Made by a program: the position numbers and the translations under genes
The notes under the pieces: generated by a model
What the model was told of the DNA's origin: nothing
Database searches by the model: none
Seen by the model: the letters and a program-made list of their open reading frames with translations, nothing else
In this document: piece after piece, positions 19,372-29,116 of the stretch
Numbering within the stretch: position 1 is the first letter of the stretch
Layout of the letters: each line of letters begins with the position of its first letter
Virus record (IMG/VR): IMGVR_UViG_3300012936_000006
Coordinates: 1-64,000 of that record
Origin: a virus
DNA: 64,000 nt
Direction: 5' to 3' (one strand)

Positions 19372-20571
19372 ATGATTTTTCAAACTTTAGATGACAAGAG
19401 ACATTGTGCGGGATATTATGCAGATGGAAAGCTTCACTATGATGCTGTGCCTTCGGCAGAAAATCTTACCGGGACTTGGGGATTTAACCCTCATATTCTT
19501 AGCGGCGTTCGATACGCTCAAGTGTATGCAAATGGCAAGAGTTTAGATCAGGTATGTCCAGATTCCGCAAAGAAAGATTGGCAGCAAGCATCAGCAAAGA
19601 TGAAGGCGTTTTTGCGATCTTTTCAGGAGAGCGGCGTGTCTCTCGCAGAGCATTGTTTCTACGACTTGGTGCCTGAGCGTCCACTGATGGATTATTGCGA
19701 GGTTAAAAATATAATTTGTCAGCATGTTTTTGACAACTACGAAAAGCCTAAGAATTATAATTTTTTATCTGAGGTGGGTAAGGTAATTTCGCAGATTGAA
19801 AGACGACCGTTGAACATAAATTTAGATAATGTTTCAAAAGATCTTTCTAAGCCCTCCGTTTTAAACTACTGGAAAAAAGTTAGAGGCACAGAACAGACGA
19901 TTAAGTATAACTTGTTTGGCACAAAAACTGGTCGCCTATCCACCTTCAAGAACAGCTTTCCGATTCACACTCTCGGACGAGAGGCAAGAAGAACTATCGA
20001 ACCTACAAACGATTTTCTCGTAGAGCTAGATTTTAATGCTGCCGAGCTTCGAACACTTCTCGCACTGTCAGAACAGCCCCAACCAGCCGGAGATATTCAC
20101 GAGTGGAACATTAAAAACATTTTTAAAGGACCACACACTAGAGAAGAAGCAAAGAAAAAGATTTTTGCTTGGCTATACAACCCGAAAAGAAAAAATGCGG
20201 CACTAGAGAGCATCTACAATCGTGAGGATGTGGCACAAAGGTACTTCAACGGGAGTCAAGTGAACACTGTTTTTCACAGGACGATTCCAGCAGACCACAA
20301 GCACGCATTAAACTATATTATTCAGAGCACAACCAGTGATTTGTTATTAGATCGCCTTGTAGCTGTCAGTAAAATGATCGAAGACAAAAAATCTTTTGTG
20401 GCTTTTTGTATTCATGACAATTTAGTTCTTGACATGAAGGCAGATGAGTGTTATATTGTACCTGAACTTGCAAACTTGTTCTCTAAAACCTTGCTGGGCG
20501 AGTATAAAGTGAACATGCGAGTTGGAAAGAATTTTGGAGAAATGAAGGAGATTGATTTATGGACGCAGTAA
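19372..20571 (+). CDS. Short divergent family-A DNA polymerase
   Basis: TKTGRLS, motif A LDFNAAELRTL, GDIH, motif B REEAKKKIFAWLY, ALNYIIQSTTSD, motif C IHDNL; no recognisable exonuclease domains. Confidence 0.85.
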   Translation: MIFQTLDDKRHCAGYYADGKLHYDAVPSAENLTGTWGFNPHILSGVRYAQVYANGKSLDQVCPDSAKKDWQQASAKMKAFLRSFQESGVSLAEHCFYDLVPERPLMDYCEVKNIICQHVFDNYEKPKNYNFLSEVGKVISQIERRPLNINLDNVSKDLSKPSVLNYWKKVRGTEQTIKYNLFGTKTGRLSTFKNSFPIHTLGREARRTIEPTNDFLVELDFNAAELRTLLALSEQPQPAGDIHEWNIKNIFKGPHTREEAKKKIFAWLYNPKRKNAALESIYNREDVAQRYFNGSQVNTVFHRTIPADHKHALNYIIQSTTSDLLLDRLVAVSKMIEDKKSFVAFCIHDNLVLDMKADECYIVPELANLFSKTLLGEYKVNMRVGKNFGEMKEIDLWTQ

Positions 20572-21434
20572 TAGGATTAGGCTCAGCAGGGTGCGCTATT
20601 GCCGATTGTTTTTCTCAGTATCCGCAGTACGAGATCTATAAGATTGATACGGAGATTGAAGCTGGAAAAAATAATTTTGCTATGCCTCATCAAATCTCAT
20701 CGGAGTTGTACGAGAGAGAATGCCCAGACATGACTAAGTTTTTTAAAAACTTTGACGAGAACACGAATGTTACCTTTGTTATGTCTGGTGGCGGGAAGAT
20801 TGCAGGTGCATCTTTAAGAGTTCTTGAGGCTATTAAAAACTGTAATATAAACATTCTCTATATCACGCCAGATATTTCTCTGATGGGTGGTCGAAAATAT
20901 ATTTTAAACAGGATCTCTTTTCATGTGTTGCAAGAATATGCTCGTTCGGGATTGTTTGAAAAAATATCCTTGATATATAATCCTGCAATAGAGAGCATTA
21001 TCGGTGATGTTCCGGTGAAGGGTTACTACGATAATCTTAATGAGGTGCTGGCTAGCACTGTTCACATGGTAAATGTGTTTTCAAATACAGAGCCGGTGTT
21101 CGACAACGTGGGTGAAACAGAAGAACATCATCGCATTTGTTCGTATGGAATTATTAATCCAGAAACTGGTGAAGAAAATTTACTTTTTCCTCTTGACAAC
21201 GTGAGAGAAAAGGTGTATTATATAGGCATATCAAAAAATGCATTGAGCGACGGCTCTTATTTCAAAGAGTTGAAGAGCAGCATGCGAAAGAAAGCGGAGG
21301 ATGAAGATGTAAAGATTTCATTTCAAATCAATGAAACGAAGTATGATGAAAATTATGCATATTATATTGCATACGCAGATGAAACACAAAGTGAAAAAAA
21401 CTTAAAAAACTTCTTGACAAAACCTAAAGATTAG
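20559..21434 (+). CDS. Tubulin/FtsZ-family protein (PhuZ/TubZ-like, divergent)
   Basis: N-terminal VIGLGSAGCAIAD, KIDT, signature-loop variant SGGGKIAG, ILYITPD. Confidence 0.75.
   Translation: MDAVIGLGSAGCAIADCFSQYPQYEIYKIDTEIEAGKNNFAMPHQISSELYERECPDMTKFFKNFDENTNVTFVMSGGGKIAGASLRVLEAIKNCNINILYITPDISLMGGRKYILNRISFHVLQEYARSGLFEKISLIYNPAIESIIGDVPVKGYYDNLNEVLASTVHMVNVFSNTEPVFDNVGETEEHHRICSYGIINPETGEENLLFPLDNVREKVYYIGISKNALSDGSYFKELKSSMRKKAEDEDVKISFQINETKYDENYAYYIAYADETQSEKNLKNFLTKPKD
21193..21221 (+). promoter_or_regulatory. sigma70-type promoter inside the tubulin-like CDS
   Basis: TTGACA-17 nt-TATTAT. Confidence 0.5.
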
Positions 21435-21442
21435 GTTATATT
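21414..21442 (+). promoter_or_regulatory. sigma70-type early promoter
   Basis: A-tract UP element, then TTGACA-17 nt-TATATT; AACCTAA/TTAGGTT inverted repeat in the spacer. Confidence 0.85.
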
Positions 21443-21470
21443 ATAGACTCAATAAAATGAAAGAAAGATT

Positions 21471-21773
21471 ATGTTTGAAGTAAATGGAAAAAAAAGAGAA
21501 GTCGGGGAATACTTTAGCGAGCGCAAGCACAAGCCAAAGAAAGATGTTCGAGGCAAAGTGGATCGTGCTCAATGGGAGGTGATAAAAGAGTTCGCTTTGT
21601 TTCAGGGCTGTCCACAAACTGCGGTTGAGGATGCTCTGGTGCAATTTGCGGCAGATCACGCTTACATCCATGCCAAGCGTGTAATGCAAACAGGAGAATT
21701 TAGGCACTGGAAAGAACTTAAAGAGCGAAAGCAATCAACCCGTCGCCCAAGCGACAACACAGAAAGTCAATAA
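21471..21773 (+). CDS. Hypothetical early protein
   Basis: ORF directly downstream of a strong promoter; basic; no family recognised. Confidence 0.65.
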   Translation: MFEVNGKKREVGEYFSERKHKPKKDVRGKVDRAQWEVIKEFALFQGCPQTAVEDALVQFAADHAYIHAKRVMQTGEFRHWKELKERKQSTRRPSDNTESQ

Positions 21774-21788
21774 ACAACAGGAGAAAAA

Positions 21789-22094
21789 ATGACTACTATT
21801 GATACTACAACCACAACTGTAACAGCACACAACGCTACCTTCACGAAGAAGAGTGGAGAAAGTCGGACGATGAACTTCGTCAAGATTAATCAGCTTCCAG
21901 AATCATTTGTAAATACTCAAATCTCTGGCACTGGCACTGCTCGAACCTTGGCTGAGGGACAGGAATTGGTTTGGGATCTTGACAATAACGGTTTCCGAAT
22001 TTTTAATTGGAATACTGTCGTTGGCGAAGTCACATCAAATGAAGTTTCTTTTGAAACTTCATTTAACAACACCACAAACACTGTGGTACAATAA
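21789..22094 (+). CDS. SH3/WYL_2-like small beta-barrel phage protein
   Basis: TFTKKSGESRTM...VWDLDNNGFRIF motif; AGGAG SD. Confidence 0.75.
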   Translation: MTTIDTTTTTVTAHNATFTKKSGESRTMNFVKINQLPESFVNTQISGTGTARTLAEGQELVWDLDNNGFRIFNWNTVVGEVTSNEVSFETSFNNTTNTVVQ

Positions 22095-22146
22095 CTAAAG
22101 AAGATGCTTGGGATATTTGCCAAGCATACTTTAGGGTAATTAACCC
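22095..22146 (+). promoter_or_regulatory. Structured leader upstream of the SSB gene
   Basis: CTAAAG/CTTTAG plus ATGCTTGG/CCAAGCAT hairpin, then GGGT/ACCC hairpin, then an A-rich RBS region. Confidence 0.55.
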
Positions 22147-22172
22147 AAAACTTAACTATAGGAGAAAAAAAC

Positions 22173-22937
22173 ATGGGTATTGATCTAAAAAAGATGCGAG
22201 ATAAGTTGAACCGACTTCAAAACGGTGGACGTGGAGGTAATCGAAAGAGTAACTTCTGGCGTCCGAGCGATGGGGAACAAACAATTCGTATTGTTCCTAC
22301 CGCAGACGGAGATCCCTTTAAGGAATATTGGTTTCATTATAACTTGGGGCAGAACGCTGGGTTTCTTTCACCAAAGAGGAACTTCGGGGAAGAAGATCCG
22401 TTGAATGATTTCGTTCGTTCCCTATATAACGAGGGTACGGAAGAGAGCATTAAGATGGCAAAGTCCCTGTCCGCACGCCAGCGATTTTTCGCACCAGTGA
22501 TTGTTCGTGGTGAAGAAAACCAAGGTGTCCGTGTCTGGGGTTTCGGTAAGACTGTTTATGAGCAGCTTTTGAACTTGGTGCTCAATCCAGAGTATGGAGA
22601 CATTACCGATCCACAGGAGGGTACTGACCTAACCCTTCAATACGGTAAGCCTGCTGGGGCAGCATTCCCAGTGACTCGCCTGACTCCACACCGCCGAGCT
22701 TCTGCAATCTGTCCAGACATTTCACCAGAGGAATGTGCAGAACTGCTGGAGACCGTACCAGACTTTGACTCTCTCTTCGAGCGAAAGTCGCCAGATCAGG
22801 TACAAACGATGCTTGACGAATATCTGGCTTCAGACAACGCCGAAGAGGTCTCTTCCGAGACCACAAAGTATGGTGGCGATACTTCAGCCACTTCTACTAA
22901 TTCTGTAGAGGCTGCGTTTAATGAACTTCTAAGTTAA
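22173..22937 (+). CDS. Single-stranded DNA-binding protein, T4 gp32-like
   Basis: FWRP..GEQTIRIVP, VRVWGFGKTVY, DITDPQEGTDL motifs; acidic tail ending AFNELLS. Confidence 0.85.
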   Translation: MGIDLKKMRDKLNRLQNGGRGGNRKSNFWRPSDGEQTIRIVPTADGDPFKEYWFHYNLGQNAGFLSPKRNFGEEDPLNDFVRSLYNEGTEESIKMAKSLSARQRFFAPVIVRGEENQGVRVWGFGKTVYEQLLNLVLNPEYGDITDPQEGTDLTLQYGKPAGAAFPVTRLTPHRRASAICPDISPEECAELLETVPDFDSLFERKSPDQVQTMLDEYLASDNAEEVSSETTKYGGDTSATSTNSVEAAFNELLS

Positions 22938-22954
22938 GTTCTTCCACCCACAGG

Positions 22955-22987
22955 GAGGCACAGGGTTATCAGGTGCCTCACTTTTTT
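22955..22987 (+). terminator. Terminator-like hairpin between ssb and recA
   Basis: GAGGCAC(22955-61)/GTGCCTC(22973-79), then ACTTTTTT. Confidence 0.65.
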
Positions 22988-23007
22988 ATATTTTATAAGG
23001 TGGTGTA

Positions 23008-24147
23008 ATGGCGAAAAATAATAAAAGCGCAGGCAAAATGTCTATTGCCGATATGCGTAGGATGATTAATAAGAAACATGGTCAAAATGTAGCTTACAGC
23101 CTTGCCGAAGAAAACCCAACAGACGTTACAGATTTCATTCCCACCGGATCAAGGTGGCTAGATTCTATTATCTGTAGGGGTAAATTGGGTGGTATTCCTG
23201 TAGGCAAGGTTAGTGAGATCGCTGGCTTGGAGGCAACAGGCAAGTCTTACATGGCAGCGCAGATTGCAGCGAACGCACAGAAGATGGGAATCGACGTTGT
23301 TTACTTTGATGCAGAATCAGCAATTTCTTCAGAGTTTCTGACAGCGGCTGGTTGCAACGCAGAAGATATTTTATATGTTCAGGCTAGCTCAGTGGAATTT
23401 GTGTTGGAGACAATTGAAGATATTCTTTCGCAAGCAGAAAACAGAGTTCTTTTTGTATGGGATAGTTTAGCACTCACACCCAGCGAGACAGATATTGCGG
23501 GTGACTTTAACCCACTTTCATCGATGGCGGTTAAGCCACGAATCTTATCAAAGGGAATGTCTAAACTGGTTCAGCCTATTGCTAATGCAGGGGCAACACT
23601 CCTAGTGTTAAATCAGTTGAAGACAAACATTACAAGCAATGTAGCTGAGGCAATGACAACTCCATACTTCACGCCGGGAGGCAAGGCAATGCACTATACT
23701 TATAGTTTACGTGTCTGGCTAACTGGTCGTAAGGCTAAGGCTTCGTTCATCATGGATGATCGTGGTTTTCGAATTGGCTCAGAGGTAAAGGTCAAGCTAG
23801 AGAAATCTCGTTTTGGCACTGCTGGTCGTCAGTGCGCCTTTAAGATTCTATGGGGTGGAGAAGTCGGAATCCAAGACGAAGAGAGTTGGTTCGAAGCGGT
23901 TAAAAGCTCAACGCACCTAACATCTGCTGGTTCATGGTACACTCTAACACATGAAGACGGAACAACTGAAAAGTTTCAGCCTGCTAAGTGGATGGATAAA
24001 ATGTCTTCAGAGAAATTTAGAAATAGGATTCTTCAACTTATGGACGAAGAGGTTGTTTTAAAATTTGATCAGCGTCAGGGCGATGCTTTGACATATTATG
24101 ATATTGATGGCGATGTAGAAAGTGAGCCCGAAGTTTCAGATAAATAA
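23008..24147 (+). CDS. recA: RecA/UvsX recombinase
   Basis: IPTGS, GGIPVGKVSEIAGLEATGKS (Walker A), YFDAE, VWDSL, LNQLK, TPGGKAM. Confidence 0.95.
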   Translation: MAKNNKSAGKMSIADMRRMINKKHGQNVAYSLAEENPTDVTDFIPTGSRWLDSIICRGKLGGIPVGKVSEIAGLEATGKSYMAAQIAANAQKMGIDVVYFDAESAISSEFLTAAGCNAEDILYVQASSVEFVLETIEDILSQAENRVLFVWDSLALTPSETDIAGDFNPLSSMAVKPRILSKGMSKLVQPIANAGATLLVLNQLKTNITSNVAEAMTTPYFTPGGKAMHYTYSLRVWLTGRKAKASFIMDDRGFRIGSEVKVKLEKSRFGTAGRQCAFKILWGGEVGIQDEESWFEAVKSSTHLTSAGSWYTLTHEDGTTEKFQPAKWMDKMSSEKFRNRILQLMDEEVVLKFDQRQGDALTYYDIDGDVESEPEVSDK

Positions 24148-24156
24148 ATTTTATGC

Positions 24157-24213
24157 TTGACAACTAGCCTTTAGTTGTGTATATTGTATATACATAGCTA
24201 AAGGCTTTATTTT
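24157..24213 (+). promoter_or_regulatory. sigma70 promoter whose -10 box lies in a long terminator-like hairpin
   Basis: TTGACA 24157, TATATT 24180 (17-nt spacer); stem AGCCTTTAGTTGTGTATA(24166-83)/TATACATAGCTAAAGGCT(24189-206), then Ts. Confidence 0.75.
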
Positions 24214-24237
24214 TAAACAAGACCGTGGAGATCGGAT

Positions 24238-25221
24238 ATGACGAGCAAGGGCGACAAAAAGAGAGTGTTGGTTATTGACGCACTGAATATGTATTTCAGG
24301 GCTTATATAGTTGATCCATCTTTGTCTACAAATGGACAGCCAATCGGAGGTATGAAAGGTTTTTTAAAAATCCTTCAGAAGCTATGCAGAGATACAGACC
24401 CAGATCAGGTTGTTATCTGTTGGGACGGGGCAGGCGGCTCATCTCGTAGAAAGAGTACGGTTAAGGAGTATAAGGCAGGTAGAAAACCTATTCGACTAAA
24501 CCGCAGCATTCGAAACTTATCGGAGAGCGAAGAGGTAGAAAATAAAATTTGGCAGCAAACACGATTGTTCGAGTATTTAAATTGCATGCCGATCATTCAA
24601 CTCATGATAGATAATGTGGAAGCAGATGATATTATCTCTGCCGTAGTCCAACACCACACTCTCAAAGACTGTCAAAAGGTAATCGTATCTAGTGACAAAG
24701 ATTTCTTTCAGTTGTGTGATGACACGACAATTCTTTTTAGACCGGTTCAGAAAGAGGTCTTAAATAAAATTAATATTATAGAAAAACACGGCATCCATCC
24801 TTTGAATTTTGCTCTTGCTCGGGCGATTGCTGGCGACAAGTCTGACAACTTGCCGGGAGTGCAAGGTGTAGGTCTGCCAACCGTGGCGAAAAGAATCCCT
24901 TTTCTATCTGATGAACGATCTGTGACAATTGATGAGGTCATAGAACACTGCAAGACAATGAGTGAAGAGACTGGACTGAAAGTTTTTTCAAATATAGTTG
25001 AACAAGAAGACATAGTTAGGTTAAACTATAAAATGATGCAGCTTTATATGCCCTCAATCCCGGTACAAGGAAATCAGAAGATAGACAGTGCTTTGACTAG
25101 CTTTGAATATCACCTCAATAAGACAGAAGTACACAAAATGATGGTGTTCGATGGTTTCGGTGAGTGGAATTGGAGCGATCTGTTTCAAAAGCTAAAGAGA
25201 ATTTCAGTAGAAAATAAATAG
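24238..25221 (+). CDS. 5'-3' exonuclease/flap endonuclease (T4 RNase H / PolI N-domain-like)
   Basis: VIDALNMYFR, CWDG, EYKAGR, EADDII, SSDKDFFQL, GDKSDNLPGVQGVG. Confidence 0.95.
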   Translation: MTSKGDKKRVLVIDALNMYFRAYIVDPSLSTNGQPIGGMKGFLKILQKLCRDTDPDQVVICWDGAGGSSRRKSTVKEYKAGRKPIRLNRSIRNLSESEEVENKIWQQTRLFEYLNCMPIIQLMIDNVEADDIISAVVQHHTLKDCQKVIVSSDKDFFQLCDDTTILFRPVQKEVLNKINIIEKHGIHPLNFALARAIAGDKSDNLPGVQGVGLPTVAKRIPFLSDERSVTIDEVIEHCKTMSEETGLKVFSNIVEQEDIVRLNYKMMQLYMPSIPVQGNQKIDSALTSFEYHLNKTEVHKMMVFDGFGEWNWSDLFQKLKRISVENK

Positions 25222-25231
25222 GAGATACAAC

Positions 25232-26638
25232 ATGACACCACCAGAAACTAGTTTTGCCAAATATGGCACAAGCTTTCAAGAAAATTTAGTTCATCTTATT
25301 TTTGAAGATCGAGCTTTCTCTGATCAGATTAGGGAAGTCTTGGACGTAGAATTTCTAGAAGTAAAATATCTTCGTCTGTTTCTGGACAGGATGTTTACAC
25401 ACAGGGACAAGTATGGGGTTCACCCTTCAAGAGATGCAATGACTACCATGCTCAGGACCGAGCTTGACGGAGAAAACGAAGTCGTTGTGAAGCAGACAAG
25501 GGAGTTCTACGCCAGAATTTTATCGGCAAAATCTAAAGTCAACGATGAGGAATATATTAAAAGTGTTTCTCTAGACTTTTGCAGAAAACAAAAATTAAAA
25601 GAAGCACTTCTTGAGTCAGCAGATCTTATTAATCGAGTTAGTGCAACGTCATACGATGAGGTCAGAAAAAAGATTGACTGTGCGCTCAAGCTGGGCAGTG
25701 AAAATAATTTTGGATATGATTACTTGGCAGACTTTGAAAAGCGGTTCGAGCTAAAGTGCAGAAACCCTATTTCTACTGGCTGGAAAAAGATTGACTCCAT
25801 CACTCAAGGTGGCTTGGGGATCGGAGAGCTAGGTGTTGTTATCGCTCCTACTGGCGTTGGTAAATCTATGGTACTTGTTCATTTGGGAGCGGAAGCTCTA
25901 AAGGCTGGTAAGACTGTAGTTCACTACACGCTAGAACTCGGAGATACAGTAGTCGCATCTAGATATGATAGCTGTATCACTGGCATCGGCTTGTCTGATC
26001 TTTTTACACACAAGGATGATATTTATGATCAAGTTAAAGATGTAACAGGTCGGCTAATCGTAAAAGAGTATCCTACAAAAACAGCCACAACAGCCACTTT
26101 GACTAACCACTTGGAAAAATTGATAGCCAGAGGAATTAAGCCTGATATGGTGTTGGTAGATTATGGTGATCTTCTTCGACCAATCGACAAAAGAAAAGAA
26201 AAAAGAAACGAGCTTGAGTCTATTTATGAAGAGATGCGAGCCATGGCACAGACTTACGAGTGTCCGGTCTGGACAGCATCTCAAACGAACAGGACAGGGT
26301 TAAATGCTGAGGTCATTACAATGGAATCTATTTCAGAGGCTTTTAATAAGTGCTTTGTGTCTGATTTCATCTGCACCATTTCCCGCACAATCGAAGACAA
26401 AAACACAAATGAGGGTCGAATGTTCGTAGCCAAGAACAGAAACGGACCAGATGGCATTGTGTTTCCTATTTTTATGGAGACTAGAAATGTTAATATCAAG
26501 GTGCTAGATCAATCTTCGGAGACACCTGCGTCGTTGGCGGCGAATGCCGCAAAAAGGCAAGCCGAAAGTTTAAAAGAAAAATATAAAAATTTCCGTACAG
26601 GGAGAAAGGATTTAAAAGGGGAGACAGATGTTCAATAG
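25232..26638 (+). CDS. dnaB: Replicative DNA helicase (DnaB/gp41 family)
   Basis: ISTGW..ID..TQGGL, APTGVGKS, YTLE, VDYGDLL, WTASQTNR, VAKNRNGP. Confidence 0.95.
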   Translation: MTPPETSFAKYGTSFQENLVHLIFEDRAFSDQIREVLDVEFLEVKYLRLFLDRMFTHRDKYGVHPSRDAMTTMLRTELDGENEVVVKQTREFYARILSAKSKVNDEEYIKSVSLDFCRKQKLKEALLESADLINRVSATSYDEVRKKIDCALKLGSENNFGYDYLADFEKRFELKCRNPISTGWKKIDSITQGGLGIGELGVVIAPTGVGKSMVLVHLGAEALKAGKTVVHYTLELGDTVVASRYDSCITGIGLSDLFTHKDDIYDQVKDVTGRLIVKEYPTKTATTATLTNHLEKLIARGIKPDMVLVDYGDLLRPIDKRKEKRNELESIYEEMRAMAQTYECPVWTASQTNRTGLNAEVITMESISEAFNKCFVSDFICTISRTIEDKNTNEGRMFVAKNRNGPDGIVFPIFMETRNVNIKVLDQSSETPASLAANAAKRQAESLKEKYKNFRTGRKDLKGETDVQ

Positions 26639-29045
26639 AGAAGAGGTTTATAATTCCACACTGGAATACTTTGGTGGAGATGAGTTAGCTACAAATGTCT
26701 GGATGACAAAGTATGCTTTGAAAGATAAAGAGGGGCAGTTTCAAGAAAAGACGCCTGCCGACATGCACAAGAGGCTTGCCTCTGAGTTTGCAAGGGTCGA
26801 GAAGTTTCATAATTCTGGTCACGAGTTGTCAGAGGAACAAATTTATAATTACCTGAAGGACTTTAAATATATTGTTCCGCAGGGTTCGCCAATGATGGGG
26901 ATCGGAAACAATTATGTAAACGTGTCACTTTCTAACTGTGTGGTAGTGGCATCACCAGAAGATAATATTTCTTCTATTATTGATTCAGGAAAAGAGTTAG
27001 CAAATTTATTTAAGAGGCGTTGTGGAGTGGGCTTAGATATTTCTAACCTGCGACCAGACGGGGCGAGTGTTAATAATTCTGCTGGAACTACGACAGGTGC
27101 GTGGTCCTTTGCAGATTTTTATTCTTATGTCTGTCGAATGATCGGGCAGAACGGTCGCCGGGGTGCTCTAATGATTACCATGGATGTTCGCCACCCAGAC
27201 ATTGAGCAGTTTGTCACCATGAAGCATGACTTGACGAAGGTCACAGGTGCAAATGTCTCTATCAAAATGAGCGATGATTTCATGGAAGCTGTTCGAGACA
27301 ATCGAACTTTCACTTTGCAATTCCCAATCGGCTCCGACGCTCCGACACACACGAAAGAAATTGATGCATCTGCCCTGTGGGATACAATCGTAGAGTCTGC
27401 GACTAAGACAGCCGAACCCGGATTGCTGATGTGGGGTAATATTGAAAAGACCCTACCGGCAGAATGTTATGCAGACGTTGGTTTTAAAACTATCTGCACC
27501 AACCCGTGTGCTGAGATTCCTTTATCGGCTTATGATAGTTGCCGCCTCATTTCTATCAATTTAAAAAACCTAGTTACTAATCCATTTACAGAATCTGCTG
27601 CTTTTGATTATAAAAAGTTTTCCGAAGTTGTAAAGGCTGGTATGAGACTGTCAGATGACTTGGTGACTCTTGAGTCTGAAAAGTTGGATGGCATCATTGA
27701 TGCATGTGACACAGAAGACGAAGTAGTTCTTTGGAAGAAATTAAAAACTGCTGCGCTTGATGGTCGTCGAACCGGACTAGGAACTCATGGGTTGGCAGAT
27801 GCGCTATCAAGGCTTACGTTAGCGTATGATTCTGACGAGGCGATCCAAACAGTCACCCAAATTTACAGCACTCTCAGGAATGAGGCATATAGAGAAAGTG
27901 TAATTCTGGCAAGGGAGCGTGGAGCCTTCCCAGTGTTCGACTCTAGCAAGGAAATGTCAAATGAATTTTTGAGAGAATTGCCTGACGATATTCGGATGAT
28001 GATGCACGAGTATGGGCGTAGAAATATCTCTATCCTAACAAACGCTCCGACGGGCTCTGTGTCTATTATGTCTCAGACTAGTTCAGGTCTAGAGCCTGTA
28101 TTCAGAAACTCTTATATTCGCCGCAGAAAACTAGAAACGGCTGAATACTCAGATACAGATTTTGTAGATGAGCTTGGGGATCACTGGAAAGAGTTCGAGG
28201 TATTTCATCATAATGTTCAGGAGTATTTTGATCTCAATGATGATGCTACCGAGCTACCCGCTTTCTTCACTGAGAGCGATCAAATTGATTGGCTGAAAAG
28301 AATCGAGATTCAGTCAGCTATTCAAAAGAATATTGATCACGCAATTAGTTCTACAATTAATTTGCCAAAAGAAACCCCCACGTCTGTAGTGTCTGAATTG
28401 TATTTAGAAGCTTGGAAGCAGGGCTTGAAGGGTGTTACTATTTATGTTGACGGTAGTCGCAGCGGTGTTCTTGTTACTAATGATGAGACCACAGAAGATT
28501 TCCCACAGCACAGCGCACCCAAGAGACCAGAGCTTTTAGACTGTGACATTCACCACACAACCATTCAAGGCGAGAAGTGGCTAGTTTTAGTTGGGCTGAT
28601 GGATGATAAACCCTACGAAGTTTTGGCTGGTCAGGCTAGTCTTATTGAGATTCCAAAGCGGTACACGAAGGGTAGTTTGACAAAAACTATTTTTAAGACA
28701 AAAAACAACAGATATGACTTGACTTTTGGATACAATGGTGATAGTATTACAGTGAAAGATGTGGTTAAGGCATTTGACAATCCGACAGATGCAGCGTTTA
28801 CCCGCATGATTTCACTAGGTTTGCGTCACGGTGCGGAGGTGAGGTTTATGGTTGAGCAATTGCAGAAAGATAAAGAAAGCGACATGTTTTCTTTTTCAAA
28901 ATGCATTGCAAGGATTTTAAAAAATTATATTAAGGATGGAGAGGTTCCTAGCGACAAGGTTTGTTCCGAGTGTGGATCAGAATCTCTTATATATCAGGAT
29001 GGCTGTGTGACTTGCAGTTCTTGTGGTTACGCAAAGTGTGGATAA
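26628..29045 (+). CDS. nrdJ: Class II (adenosylcobalamin-dependent) ribonucleotide reductase
   Basis: SLSNC, TNPCAEI, APTGSVS, AISSTINLP, KGVTIY; C-terminal domain ending in CSEC..CSSCGYAKCG zinc ribbon; no nrdB nearby. Confidence 0.92.
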   Translation: MFNREEVYNSTLEYFGGDELATNVWMTKYALKDKEGQFQEKTPADMHKRLASEFARVEKFHNSGHELSEEQIYNYLKDFKYIVPQGSPMMGIGNNYVNVSLSNCVVVASPEDNISSIIDSGKELANLFKRRCGVGLDISNLRPDGASVNNSAGTTTGAWSFADFYSYVCRMIGQNGRRGALMITMDVRHPDIEQFVTMKHDLTKVTGANVSIKMSDDFMEAVRDNRTFTLQFPIGSDAPTHTKEIDASALWDTIVESATKTAEPGLLMWGNIEKTLPAECYADVGFKTICTNPCAEIPLSAYDSCRLISINLKNLVTNPFTESAAFDYKKFSEVVKAGMRLSDDLVTLESEKLDGIIDACDTEDEVVLWKKLKTAALDGRRTGLGTHGLADALSRLTLAYDSDEAIQTVTQIYSTLRNEAYRESVILARERGAFPVFDSSKEMSNEFLRELPDDIRMMMHEYGRRNISILTNAPTGSVSIMSQTSSGLEPVFRNSYIRRRKLETAEYSDTDFVDELGDHWKEFEVFHHNVQEYFDLNDDATELPAFFTESDQIDWLKRIEIQSAIQKNIDHAISSTINLPKETPTSVVSELYLEAWKQGLKGVTIYVDGSRSGVLVTNDETTEDFPQHSAPKRPELLDCDIHHTTIQGEKWLVLVGLMDDKPYEVLAGQASLIEIPKRYTKGSLTKTIFKTKNNRYDLTFGYNGDSITVKDVVKAFDNPTDAAFTRMISLGLRHGAEVRFMVEQLQKDKESDMFSFSKCIARILKNYIKDGEVPSDKVCSECGSESLIYQDGCVTCSSCGYAKCG

Positions 29046-29059
29046 ATTTAAAAAAACTA

Positions 29060-29088
29060 TTGACAAGCACCAACTAAGGTGCTATAAT
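29060..29088 (+). promoter_or_regulatory. Perfect-consensus sigma70 promoter
   Basis: TTGACA-17 nt-TATAAT with upstream A-tract; AGCACC/GGTGCT inverted repeat in the spacer. Confidence 0.9.
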
Positions 29089-29116
29089 AATATCACAACC
29101 AAAAAGGAGAACTCTT

